From: Klebsormidium nitens
Lineage: Eukaryota; Plantae; Klebsormidiophyceae
DNA length: 64,000 nt
Direction: 5' to 3'
Assembly (NCBI GenBank): GCA_000708835.1
Contig: DF237005.1
Span: 39,943 to 103,942 of the forward strand
The position numbers and the translations under genes are program-made. Positions 47,562 through 59,474 of this stretch are shown here, piece by piece (within the stretch, counting starts at the first letter, position 1; each line of letters starts with the position of its first letter). The notes beneath the pieces are model-generated. The model worked only from the letters and a program-made list of their open reading frames with translations. It did no database searches and had not been told where the DNA came from.

Positions 47562-49035
47562 ACGGGCCCGGTTTAACGACCCCCAGAGCCGGGCTGTCGT
47601 GCTGCTGGCGACCAAAGGCACGTGCAGCGAGGGGATCGATCTTTCGGGGGGGACGCACGTGGTGCTGTCACAGCCTTCGTGGAACCCCATGCAAGATCGC
47701 CAGGTAAGGGTTCGCAATATCGACCGAAAAGCTGCAAAAAGCTTGCTAGATTCTGAGCTTTGAGCCAATTCAATGGTCCAATGGATCCACGTGGTCAGAA
47801 ACGTACATACCACTAGCACTTTGGCCAGAAAAAGTACCGTACCTCCTACGTGGCGGTACTACAAAGGCAACACTGGAGGCCAAGTAGGATTTGGGTCGAC
47901 GACGCGCACCCTAAGCTTTACAAGCTTCTATAAAGACGTTCTTATTGATTGGGATATAATCAAGGGAGACAATCCGGCTTTATGATTGCCAGGTCAAAGT
48001 GTAGACAGCTCGAAGTGACCGGAAGAAAGGCAAACCATATCATTATTTGATTGAACTTCTAACAAAAAAGTGTGCAATTAGCTACTTTTCTAGGCTGATC
48101 CCGAGCAAAGTCTTGTCTGTGCATGTCTCTTGTCATCGTGGTCTCGAACAAAAACACGTTGGTTCAAATAGTTTGAAATCAGTCTGAGCTCTTCAGTAAC
48201 CGCCTTGAGCCGTTTTGAATGCGTAAGCAGAGGGCCCATAATAGCCTGACAGAACCCGGGGAAGGAGAACGTGGACTCCAGTTTTCCTTTCGGGACCCCA
48301 CACCGCTTGGCACTCCGTGCGCGCGCAAGTTAGAGAATCGGTTACTTGATTGGTCACCGGTCACTCGAATCTGTAACCGGGGTCTCAATATGGAGTCTGC
48401 TTGCACAATATACGAGCCCTCGGTGTATCGAATGGACCGGGCCATGCGCACCAAGTATTGCACGGGGTTACGGGTTACGTTACCAGTAACTCAAGCCTTG
48501 CACTGTGAAGAGGCATGTGTCCCCAGGCTGCTCGCGCACAGGGGTACCAAGCGGTCTGGGGGTCCCGGAAGGAAACTGGAGTCCACGTTCTCCTTCCACG
48601 GGTTCTGACAAGCCTCACAAAAGCAGGGCTTCCTCATTGAACGGGTATGATCAACGAAACCCACTGGGCTCATTGTGGAGGCTGGCTAGTATAGGTAACG
48701 AAATCATCAGTGCCCAAACTGTTTTGTCTCGCCAACCGCCCAACTTCTCCTCCTCCGTGCATTCCCAGCTTGTGGGTCGGTCGGTCCGCCCCGGGCAGAA
48801 GGGCCACGTGTTCGTCCACCGGCTCATATGCGCGCGCACATTCGAAGAGAAGATCCACAGGGAGGCCGAGCGGCTCGTGCGCCTCCTCTTCTCGCCGCGG
48901 AAGTTGCGGGGCGACCAAACGCCTGACGGGTCAAGGGTGCAGGTCGCCGAGAATCCGCTCGGTGCGGACCAATCCCTTTCTGGGGGGATTGGTGGAAGAG
49001 ACTGGCGGAGGGGAGGAGGAAGCCCTAGTAGCTGA
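47562..49035 (+). pseudogene. SNF2/SWI2-family helicase C-terminal (HELICc) fragment, two exons, N-terminal ATPase lobe not found
   Basis: Exon 47562-47703 RARFNDPQSRAVVLLATKGTCSEGIDLSGGTHVVLSQPSWNPMQDRQ|gtaagg splices in phase to exon 48769- LVGRSVRPGQKGHVFVHRLICARTFEEKI. Together these give SNF2 motifs V/VI (FN..; GINL..A..V....WNP....QA..RA.RIGQ...V.V.RL...T.EEKI). Confidence 0.75.
48247..48610. mobile_element. 364-bp MITE with ~80-bp TIRs, TG...CA ends and a 4-bp TSD (Ginger-like)
   Basis: Left end tgacagaacccggggaaggagaacgtggactccagtttt...; reverse complement of right end tgtcagaacccgtggaaggagaacgtggactccagtttc.... AGCC flanks both sides (48243-48246 and 48611-48614). It sits in the SNF2-fragment intron. 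Confidence 0.85.
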
Positions 49036-51371
49036 CTACAGATATTACGAGAGCCACTTTGACTAAAAAGCAGGTTGCATGAAGCTTGCGAACTAGGGTG
49101 TTGGAAATCTGTCCAAGAAGCGTTTAAGGGCCTGTGAATCGAAAGTGCGCGGAGGGTAAAAGGAGGCTAGAGATCAAGCAGCAGAGATTTCATCTGGAGC
49201 AAAATGAAAAGGAGTGAAGACAGTCTTTCAAAGTGCAGGTCAGGAGTCCAGCTTTTACTATGGGCCAATGCGAGTCGATGGCCGCGAGACTAACTAAGAT
49301 AGCAGCAGCGATTTGGGAGTCGTTACACTCAGCAGAGGGGTCTGTTTTTGAAGTAGGCCGGGGGAGACCGTTCAAGACGTCAAAGCAAAGCTAGGGGGTT
49401 TGGGCCGGAGGGGAAGGCATTCGAATCAAGAGTGAATTTGGAAGTTTTGTCCAATGGTAAAAAGCTCGACAAGCCCAAACGATTGATTTAGAACAGGTGT
49501 CATCACTGCAACTTTCTTTGCTTGGTTGGTGCTGCAAATGAGATGGTGCGACCCTGAAAAGCCAAAAAGTGTTTCAAGAACGTTACAAAGCTAGAAACTA
49601 AGCAGTGCAAGTAGTGGTGTCAAAGAGATCAGCCTGGTTTGGCCGAATTCTCTAAGCAAAACTTTAGGCTTTTTGTTTCAGACTTTTGTCCAGTTGCGTT
49701 CAGAAACATGAAGTAGAACCTCTGTGGTGAACGGGCATGTGCATTGGAGCTTTCAAGGGTCCTGCCAAAAGTGCGTTGACTCAGCTAGCAAAAAAGAGCG
49801 AGTGGTACATCGAAGCGAGGAGTCAGTGGCTGATTGGGAATACGGTAAGTACAAGGCCGGAATACGATGACGATCGAAGGACACGTCAAGTCCAGAATGA
49901 TTTGAACGTCTCGCAGTCACACAATACTCAGCACTAGCAGATTAGATGAATCTTTGATTTTGAGATCAACAAATGATAAGCTTGCAAGCATACACTGACA
50001 GTAGTTTCTTGGCTAGCCTCGGACTGCATTCAACTCGCAGATGTAACTGTGTTTGTTGTATTTCTTAGCCTGTACTGATGCAACTTTGCCGAGGATTGCG
50101 GCAGCCACGTGCAGCCTCCGATCAATGTTTTAATCGTTGGCGCTGTAGCAACTCCTTGCTATTCGGAGAAGTTGTCAGCAAGATGCAAAATCTGTAAAGG
50201 ACCGGCTTCGCATAGATCATATTAAGTAAGCTTTTAGTGCTGATTTGTCCGGCTCCGAAGAGCTCCATAGGTCTGAATCAACATTGGGTCATTGTGTCCG
50301 GACTACTCAACGTGTTCTGTGTCATCTGCAGAGTATTTTCATGAGCAGCTTCGACCACTGCGATTAGGTTCAAGTTGCGCTGCAGCGATAGAGTGATGCA
50401 AAGATCCGAGTCGACCAATTACCTAGTAGTATAAGCTTCGGGATATATGCAGGCAAGTTACAAAACGCGCCCCTCATTGTCGTGATCCACGAGTATTAGT
50501 GAGCCGCGCCCGCGCTGCTCCAAGTAGTCACATGCTCACATTTGCAGGCCTACATTATCTATACAAGCATGCGTCTAGGCGTCAGCTTTATAATCAGTAT
50601 CAGTACTAAGCTTTAATCAGTATTAATACTAGGCTGGTGAGCACCAGGCGAATATTAATCAGGAAGAATAGCAGACCAGCGGCGGCCAATGTTGCAAAGC
50701 GTAACTAGGTTCTCAGCCTCGGAGAAGAACATGGCCCGCAAAATAAGGTCGCACGACGTTTGCTTAACAACTTAAGGCATGCGCACATCCAATAACATGG
50801 GACAAGGCAGCGTAAACAAAATCTGTATATGACATGGAAGGTGCCCAGACAAGACGTAAATAATTCGAATGCGAACTGACTGTCCTTCTGTACAATTCCA
50901 GACGCTTTCGAGTGCCAGCCGCTATAACGCTATATACTAGTACGAGCCGTTTTGAGTCCCTACAAAAGTACTGTCTGCCAATGCATTGCTCCGAACGCAG
51001 CTGCGTCATTTCTTGAGCCTAACAACATGGCGAGAACACGGCATACTGTTCGCTTGCGCGAAAGCTCTGCTTGAGGCCTGCCTTTTCCAAGTTTGGTGCG
51101 AGTGTCTAAAGCCAAAACCTTCTATCTACAAAACCTCCCTTCCAGTTGAGGCGAAGCGCGAGCACCGGCAACGTCAACCTTAAATACCAGATCAGCGTTG
51201 TTTCCTTCTTTCTGCTTCAAAGCACCGCTCGCGCACTCCCTAACCGGCCCCCTTCGCAAAACGCTCGCGTGCAATCTCGCGGAGCCATTCGACACGCCTA
51301 CTTAAAACCGCCCCCGCAAAAACTAGGCATACACGCCTCGTAACGCGTACTACTACAAACACCTAGACGCG

Positions 51372-54300
51372 TTACACCGTCGCGGTCTCGAGCCGCTTCG
51401 CCTCCGCGGCCGGCGCCGCCGCCGGCGGGCCGACCTTCTTCTCGCCGTGGGTCGTACGGTCGTATCCGTACCATCCGTGTACGGACTCGTCGAACGTGTC
51501 GCCCTCGCCCCAGAGGGCATATGCGTCCTCGCCGTGCGCCGCCTCGTCGCCGACCTCCAGAACCTCGTCGGCCATCCGGAGGGGGATCCCGATCAGCCTG
51601 ATGAAGTTCATGATGAGTGACGTCATCACGATGTTCCAGCCGATGATGAAGAGCGCCGACACGACCTGCTTGCCGACCTGCGGGGAGGAATGAAGAGAAC
51701 GGGTTCAGGATGAGGGAAGAAATCAAAATACATTCTGCGCCGAGACTGTTGCTTGCAGAATGGTTATCCAACAAGATGAGTCAGAATGGGCAGGGGCGAG
51801 GGAAAGATAAGAAGTTGGAAAAGAAAAATGACGGGCCGGCAAGTCGTCCAAGGAGATAGATAAAGAAGAGGAACAGAGGCGATGGTGATCCTCGCACCCT
51901 GAGGTGCTCGCCTAAATAGTCTCCAACAAAATCCTCAGAGCGCTCTAAAACGTCGAATTCGATTTTCTCATTGAAGATCCTTGTGACACTTGCAGCCACG
52001 AGAAAACTCACTGGAAAGATACATGGAATACTTCCGGCATCCCTAAGCTCCCTGAGTTTTGGTCCTCATCGCCCGCGCAAATTGTTTTCGCTTCTGTAGG
52101 TTCGCTCTACAGAACTACTTCGACCGGGAATCACACTTCGCTGTTCCCCAATGCATGGCTGCAGTCTCTATTCTCCCCTTCGGAGGCCATCCGACCAGTA
52201 CCAAAAGGGGGTGCCGACGTCATCCGGTCCGTTGGAGGGGACTACCATGACGTCCAGCAACTATATGATCACCCCTGGATGAGGCCGTTGGACGGCCGTG
52301 AACTTGCACATTCAAACGGCTGGGGCGTTCCGTCCAGGAAAGTTCGAGCTCGCGTAAATCCACCAGATTGGATAAATCACACGACGAGATTGCTGACGTC
52401 ACCCACCTGTCCGATTCCCCCCTGGATGAGCCCGTTGGACGGGAGCAGCGTCCCGAACTCGGCCGCGAGCTTGCGCATCGTGAACACGCCCGCGAAGATG
52501 CCGCCCAGGAAACCGGCCACCGCGTGCGTGTGCACGACGCCGAGGGTGTCGTCGATCTTCTTGAGGAGGGACGACTTGCGCGCGAGGATCATCATGGTGA
52601 ACCAGGGGACGGAGCCGGCGAACAGGCCCTCCACGATAGCGGCCCAACCGGGGATGAAACCTGCATTTTAGGGGGGGGGCTATTTAGTGAGGTATACTGG
52701 GGGGGCTATTCAGTGAGGTATTCTTTCGGGGGCGGCAGGACGAATTTTAAGAGCAACTAGGTGAAGGGAGAAAAAGCAAGTGGTGAACCAGGGGCCGGAG
52801 CTGGCGAACAGGCCATCCACGATGGCGGCCCAACTGGGGATGAAACCTGCATTTTGGGGGGGCTAGTTTTTGGTGGGGGTATTCTAGTTGTGGAGGGGGG
52901 TCGGGATATGGGGACGGATTCAGGGAACAACTAGGAAATGGTAGAAAAGCAAGTAGTAAACCAAGGGACGGAGCCCGCAAACAGGCCCTCCACAATGGCG
53001 GCCCAACCGGGGATGAAACCTGCATTTTAGGGCATTTCAGGGGGGGCTATTCGGTATTCTGCAGTGGGATGGGGTGAAAGGAGCGCGCTGCATGTCCCGT
53101 GTCTGTCGAACTGCTCATTGATAAAACGTCATCACGTCGTTGTGAGGAGCAGTGATGTTGCGATAGAGAGGGCAACGGCAATCAGCTCTCTCCGTATGTG
53201 CGAGCAGAACAATGAGAGCAATAGAAGTGGAGTTTCTATCCTATCGACACAGAAAGCATCCTCTTCACAGTGTTGCGGTTAACGACTTAAAACGGCTGAC
53301 GCCATTTTTGATGCTGCGAACTGAGTGAGCAAGTGACTGCAGAAACCCTAGGTTTGACTCGACCCCTAATGCCGAAATTTTCTGAAGGACGCTACGAATA
53401 GCCCACATGCTTTTTTTTGCCAAGCTTTCGTAAAATGATTGGACACGAGAACAGAAACGAGAGTTTATACGCATTGGGCGCGGAGAAAGCTTTACCTGCA
53501 CCGGGGGTGATCATGACGAGCCCCGTGATGATTCCCTGGACGGCGCCAATGCAGGACGGCTTTCCAAAGAAGATGGTGTCGAGGACGGTCCACGTCAGCA
53601 TACTGGTGGCAGTGCAGATGTTGGTCTGCAGGCAGACACATCGCGGCGTCAGTTTCTGTCTGTGCGTCAAATTCTGTCTCTGCCTTACGGCGTCAGTTTC
53701 TGTCTGTGCGTCAAATTCTGTCTCTGCCTTACGGCGTCAAATTCTGTCTGTGCGTCAAATTCTGTCTCTGCCTTACGGCGTCAAATTCTGTCTGGGCTTT
53801 ACGACACGAGTTTCAAAGCCCAAGTAGTCTCACAAACAGATCTCGATAATTGGTGGTCTCTGGACACGATATATATCGCCTGAGCGTTGATGCACGGCTG
53901 ATTCTGAACAATTCGGGACAAACACTGAGCCCGACTGTTTCGATTGTTAAATGGAGATTAGGCGAGGGTGGAAACCAGGCATCCAGAACCCGGTGGAGTG
54001 AGCCAGGAGGTCACAAACTCTTAGCTAACGTTGTAACCTGGAACCGAAAAAACGGATGATTTTTGCAGGCTGATCAGTTGTACAATGTCGCAGTGCCCTT
54101 TCCCGAAATTGGCGAAGTACAGCACACAGTCGCCTGTTACCCAAATGGCATTGCATCAATTGCTGATTCGCCAAGGAGCAATTGAGGGAAAAGAAGATAC
54201 AAAATTGATGCAAGACTTTCGTTCAAACTCCTACGGTTCCGGCCTTGCTTACCAGGGGCCACATTACCCAGTGGCAACCAATTATCAAAATGGTAGAAGC

Positions 54301-56889
54301 CAATTTCTGATAGACATCTGTCAAAAGCTGGCAAGAACCAGCAGCACGAGCCTCACGTTCAGGACAGCCAAGGCAGCGTCAGTGTTGGCAGCGTAGGGGG
54401 CACCACCATTGAAGCCGTTCCAGCCGAGCCAAAGCATGCCCGCGCCGGCGAGGACGAAGATGGTGTTGTTGGGGACGAAGCGCTCGCGGTCGCGGAGCAG
54501 ACGAGGGCCCAACTGCAGCCAAAATGAAATTTCGTTCAGGCCTCAACTTTCGTTTGCCTAATTCCAGAGGGGGTAGTTTTGAGTATGGTCAGGATGTGGC
54601 GCCTGAAATGTCTCGAGGGATGCAGACGGTATGTTCAAGGACAAGGCCCGTGTTGATTCTTTGAGGAACGGGCGCACAGCTGCTTGGCAAAGTTTGAAGA
54701 GTGGGTTAGGTACTGTGGGTTTATTTCTTGAGACATTTTCTTGGGCTGGTTTTTGGGGCTCCCTCGCACCGGCTGCGGGTGGTAGAAGTCAGGTGGTTGT
54801 GGCTGGTGGGTTTGACTGGGTTAAGCACTGGCATTAAGTACAGAGAACAGACTGAGACCACAGCTGTGGGTTGAAGCCTGAAGGACAGCAGAAGTGAGTC
54901 CTGGTGATAGAAGCAGATGGATTCAACCCTATCATCTGAATCTGCAGACTTAACTGCAACAGCTACAAGCCTACCACCATCTGGTTTCAGCACCTTACCC
55001 AAGCTCCTACTGCAGAAAATGTCTATCACCTGGAGAACAAGCGAAAGTATTGTGAAAGGTCATTCTAGTTGGACTTTTCTACTTAGATACGTTCTTGGCA
55101 ACTGCTCTGGCTGCTTCTTAGAGAGACAGTCTCACATTGTGCTTCTGCATCAGCCCAATACATCAGTAATCTATTTAGTCCAACTTCTGAAAGTAGAGCT
55201 ATGAGAGAAGGCGACTTTCACGGTCTAGCTGCTCCCTCCCGCTCGTCTCCTTCATTCCTTTTTGACCTGATTGCTTACATTCTTCTGCTCAACTTTGATT
55301 CAAAACACATACTTACCCAGTAAGCTGCCACGTATCCTGCCGTTCCGGATGACAGATGAATCACGTAACCCCCCGCAAAGTCGAGCACGCCCCACTGGAA
55401 GAGGAAGCCGCCGCCCCAGACAGAGAAAGCGCCGATTGTGTAGCTCAGAACGTGCCACAGCGGGACGAACACAACCCACGCCATGAAGTTCATTCTAGCG
55501 AGCAGGCTCCCAGCAATGAGGACGGGCGTGATCGCGGCAAAGACGAACTGGAAATACACGATGGTTGACATGGCCTGCAAGGAAAGAGATGAGAATGAGG
55601 TGAGTAAAAAAGAAAAAGAAAAAAGAAGATCTCAGAAGATCTGCTGGTAAGATTTGAAAACAGGTAAACCTGTTCCAACCATGTCAGGAGGGGGGAACCC
55701 GAAGCACCAGGAAGTTGGAGAGAAGAAAACAGCTCAATGCATCTCAAAATATTGTGAAATAACCCTTCTTCTGACCCAATGAACATTCAAAGTCTAGTAG
55801 TGGAGTGAAGGTGTGCCTTTTGTCGAGCTGATGCAGTTGTACTCTTGACAACAACTCTTCACAAGATGCTGTCCTTACACAAGATGCATTTCATGCACGC
55901 TCATAAAGCCAGGCCAGGTTCAAAGATTCAAAACTGGATCTGAGACTGGAGTCACATGGAACAAAACACTCAGATGTTCAGTATGCAGTTCTCCTGGAGA
56001 GCCAGAACATGAAGATATTATGTGCTTGAACACCTCGGGGCTCCCATACAGCTGCAGCTTTTTGCCTAGCCTTTGCTGCTCTCTGACATTCTTTCACAGG
56101 ATCTTGAAGTCGTTTGCTATGAGGGAGGGTACTCTACTTTACTTGAGGGTACTCTACGAGAAAGGAAAACTGGTACGTTGAAAAGAACGTTCTCACTATT
56201 GATTGGATGCAATCTTTAGCTGGCTTCTCTTTCAAACTTGTACTGCTTATCCACCAGTCAGCTCCGCCTCATACAAGTCTATCAGAATGCCCTTCTTACA
56301 TGCAAGTTTTTACTCTCGATATGGCACTCTCTCCCTAAGTTGTTGATGACATTCACATACTCAAGAGTCAAAGTGTGCACTGCGGAATCAAGAATTTCAA
56401 GCTGGCCTACTGGCACAACTTGTCATTTCCGATCAATGTACTCTACTTAAAAAACTTTGATTACTGCTTGGGATTGTGCACTACAACCTGGTGCACTGAA
56501 GGCAACACAAGAAAATAGGTTTGGTCAGCACTTACATAGTTCGGCGCCAGCTCCGCTTCGTACAAGTTTGCTTGTATCGTCAAGAACCCAGCCCCAAGCG
56601 CCGTCCCCGGCTTGCCCCAGAACGGCAGCATGTACTGGCCAAAGCTGAACCGGTATCCGCACAGCACCCAAACAATCATCACAGCTGCATATGAGTACAT
56701 AACCATGAACGCCGAATTAACAGCCCACTTCTTCTTGACCACGCCTCCGTAGAGCATGACGAGCCCGACCATCGTTTGCATCCCAACAAACGTGGCCGTC
56801 GTGAGCTGCCAGGCATTGTCTCCCGTGTCGACGAAGGATGTCGGCTCCGCGGCGGGCTCCGCAAAAGTGGCGTTCATGGGGTCCGCCAT
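51372..56889 (-). CDS. AMT2: Ammonium transporter, AMT2/MEP family, 6 exons
   Basis: Exons 56889-56536, 55574-55317, 54512-54357, 53625-53496, 52660-52407 and 51677-51372. Motifs: [96 protein letters not shown] and [17 protein letters not shown]. Confidence 0.96.
52770..53030 (-). repeat. Two intronic copies of the acceptor and first ~70 nt of AMT2 exon 5, both with an intact aaaatgcag|GTTTCATCCCC junction
   Basis: AG at 52847-48 and 53020-21 versus the real acceptor at 52661-62 (steps of 186 and 173 bp). A decayed copy of the same exon's 3' end lies downstream at ~52268-52305. Confidence 0.93.
53644..53794. repeat. 44-bp minisatellite (~3.4 copies) in an AMT2 intron, next to the 3' splice site
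   Basis: Unit cggcgtca(gt/aa)ttctgtctgtgcgtcaaattctgtctctgcctta starts at 53644, 53688, 53732 and 53776. Confidence 0.95.
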
Positions 56890-58123
56890 TGTGACAGCTG
56901 GTTGTGACGATTGGTAGTCGCTCACGGAAGGATCAGGGAAGGGCGTGGTGGTGTCTCTTTGCTGCAGGGCAAGGCGCACAAGCTGGTAAAGTCGATCTGA
57001 CGAACTGGCTCTGAAAGATCCGTGCCAATCCCGAGGAAGAGAGTTTGCAAGCAGAGCGAGCTGAGGACAGCTGATTCTTGTGAAGTTGTCTAGGAAAGCA
57101 GCAACTGCGACGCTAGGACTTGGGATTTTGCAAGACCAGTGCTCCAACGACATTCTCACAGCCTGGATCGCCATGGCTGCCTGAGGAAGGCACATGCGCA
57201 ATGCTGTCCACGCAGTCTGCACGGAATCCCCAGAGCATTTACGTTCAATCTGAGCATACCACCATAAATCTAGGGTTTCTGGAGCTTGACGTAACGAACA
57301 CGGGCGCTGTAGTGGGAGCGTTACGGACCAACGTTTCTGGCTGCTGTTGTCCTTGATGCCGAACGAGCCCCCGCGTCGCAGATGTCGGACGGTGGCCCTG
57401 CGACCGGATCACCGGGAGAGACCCACGTGGTCACTACGGGCGTGGTGTCACAGTATGTGACGCCAACCGAGAGAGTACGAAAACAGCGTCGAATTATTAG
57501 AAGCTCATTGACTGTGGATAGGATTGATGGTAAAGCGATTGTGCATGAAACAGCGTCACACTGGCGACACAAGTGTGACCATAAACCTACAGGCTGGCTG
57601 CGGCAGCGCTCCCGGTGAGATCGACTTGTGGATGTCAACACTTTCAAACGCCATGTGCCGAGTGCATGGCGTCATCAAAGATGCCGGAAGCGCTAGACAG
57701 CCGGTTGTAGCTGCCGGGTCTTCACACACCGAGATTCAGAACTCCGAGTCAAGGTGTTGTTTTGCCCAATTCTTCCCCGCCCGACTTCGAGGGGTACCTT
57801 CCGCACGCAAAAGGAGTCCCGTGCGACGGCCCGAAAAGGTTTATCACCGTACGTAGAACCCGGCTTTTTTCGGGGTATGAATAATGATATCCCCGGTGAC
57901 CGCGGTGGTGTTTGGCCGGAACACCGCGGTGTTTTTGCTGACGTATGCCCGGCGAATTAGCAGAAACACCGCCGTGTTTTGTCGGCGACGGCAGGGCCGC
58001 GACCCCCGCTCTACAGTCGCTCGAAACCAATAACAGCCTCGCTGTGTGTAACTTAATAAGTAATTATTACTGTAATAGTTAGTGCACGAGGGTGAGCCCG
58101 GTGAGGGAATAGGTAAGCAAAAT

Positions 58124-58152
58124 ATTGCCCGAGGGCGGAGCCCGAGGGCAAT
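58124..58152. other. GC-rich hairpin with tandem GA mismatches and a GGA loop in intergenic repeat-like DNA
   Basis: attgccc-ga-gggc-gga-gccc-ga-gggcaat, followed 7 nt later by ctag. Confidence 0.6.
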
Positions 58153-59474
58153 TTTTCGCCTAGAGTGTACTTCCTCACTTAGTGCCCGTCCGATTCAACC
58201 CGTGGATACATCGAACGGTCTTAGTTTCTGATCGTTCTTACTAGTTCCCGGCGGAATGCATGAATGCATGGCTGAGCGAAAAAATTGGGCGGGCACTGAA
58301 GGCCCCATAGGGTTCTATAGCTTACCAGTGTTGCAAGCCCGCAGGGACTTGGAAGAGTCCGATCCAAGTTCGAGCCCGCCTCATCGCCTCAGGTCCACAA
58401 AACGGTCACTTTCTTGTGCAACAATTTGGCGTGCTGCACGGACTTATGGAGCAACCCTTTTCGAGGCTACTCATTAGACTCCTCTTACACAATTGGTCAT
58501 CCAAACAATTCGCTGGTGAAGGCGACAGTGCAACCGGCTGACGGGCGGCTGACGGGTGCGGCGAGGATTAGAAGTCTAGAAGCCACGATCCGGCCATATT
58601 CGACGTTTGCATATGTGCATCATTGGAGAGTCTCTCGCCCGACGGCGACCCGACGGCGAGCACTTGATTACCAGACGAGCACGGCCAGTGAACGGGGTTG
58701 ATCGGCGGCCCGGGGTACATGTGAACATGTGAAGCCACACGCATTGTATGATCTACCACTGAACGTCGAGCGCTACAGTGCTACAGTACTACAGTAGGAT
58801 ATAAAACACTTGAAGACGTAGAAGACGACGGTACTTACGAGGTCACCATGTTGCGCCTGATGCGCCAAAGTGACGTATGAGATGGTCACCGGCCATCGAA
58901 GTCACTGTCCATGCCCGGCGCGTACATGATTGAAAATGGTGGCCGGTGAATAAGCCTTTAAAGATTGGGCCCTGGCGCGATGTTAACTTGCATACGTACA
59001 GTATGAGCTGCCCAATCGTGGGGCCGCCCTCGGCCATATACATATGGTTGATTGCATATATAGCGCACTAAGAACTCGATGAAACAGATCCCATGATGAT
59101 GCATGATGATATAGTGACGTTTGCAATGAGCGCGGTGGCGGACATCATATATATAGGCGGACTCACCGTCGATCGATGCGCCAGCTTCACTCTCAATCTG
59201 AATGCGTAGCGTAACGATGGCTTTCATGAAGCATGACCTTTGCTGATGATCTCCAGTGTTTTTTTGCATACCGCCACACAACATCTGGGCCCGGTCATAG
59301 CCTATCATTCATGGTGCGCAAACGCACTCCCCCTAATACACATGGGCGGAAGTGCAAGGAGCAAAGCGATCATTGGTGCAAGACCCACTGGCTTGCAACA
59401 CTTGACAGGTCATGCAGCAAAAGCAATTGAAGATACATATGGCTCGTGCACGCTAAATTTTTAGTTGTGCATGC

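Noticed and set aside
56890-57222. N-terminal extension of AMT2 implied by the 253-aa ORF
   Set aside because: It begins at a non-ATG start in the ORF track. The ATG at 56889 gives a typical AMT2 N-terminus, so the upstream part is probably 5' UTR.
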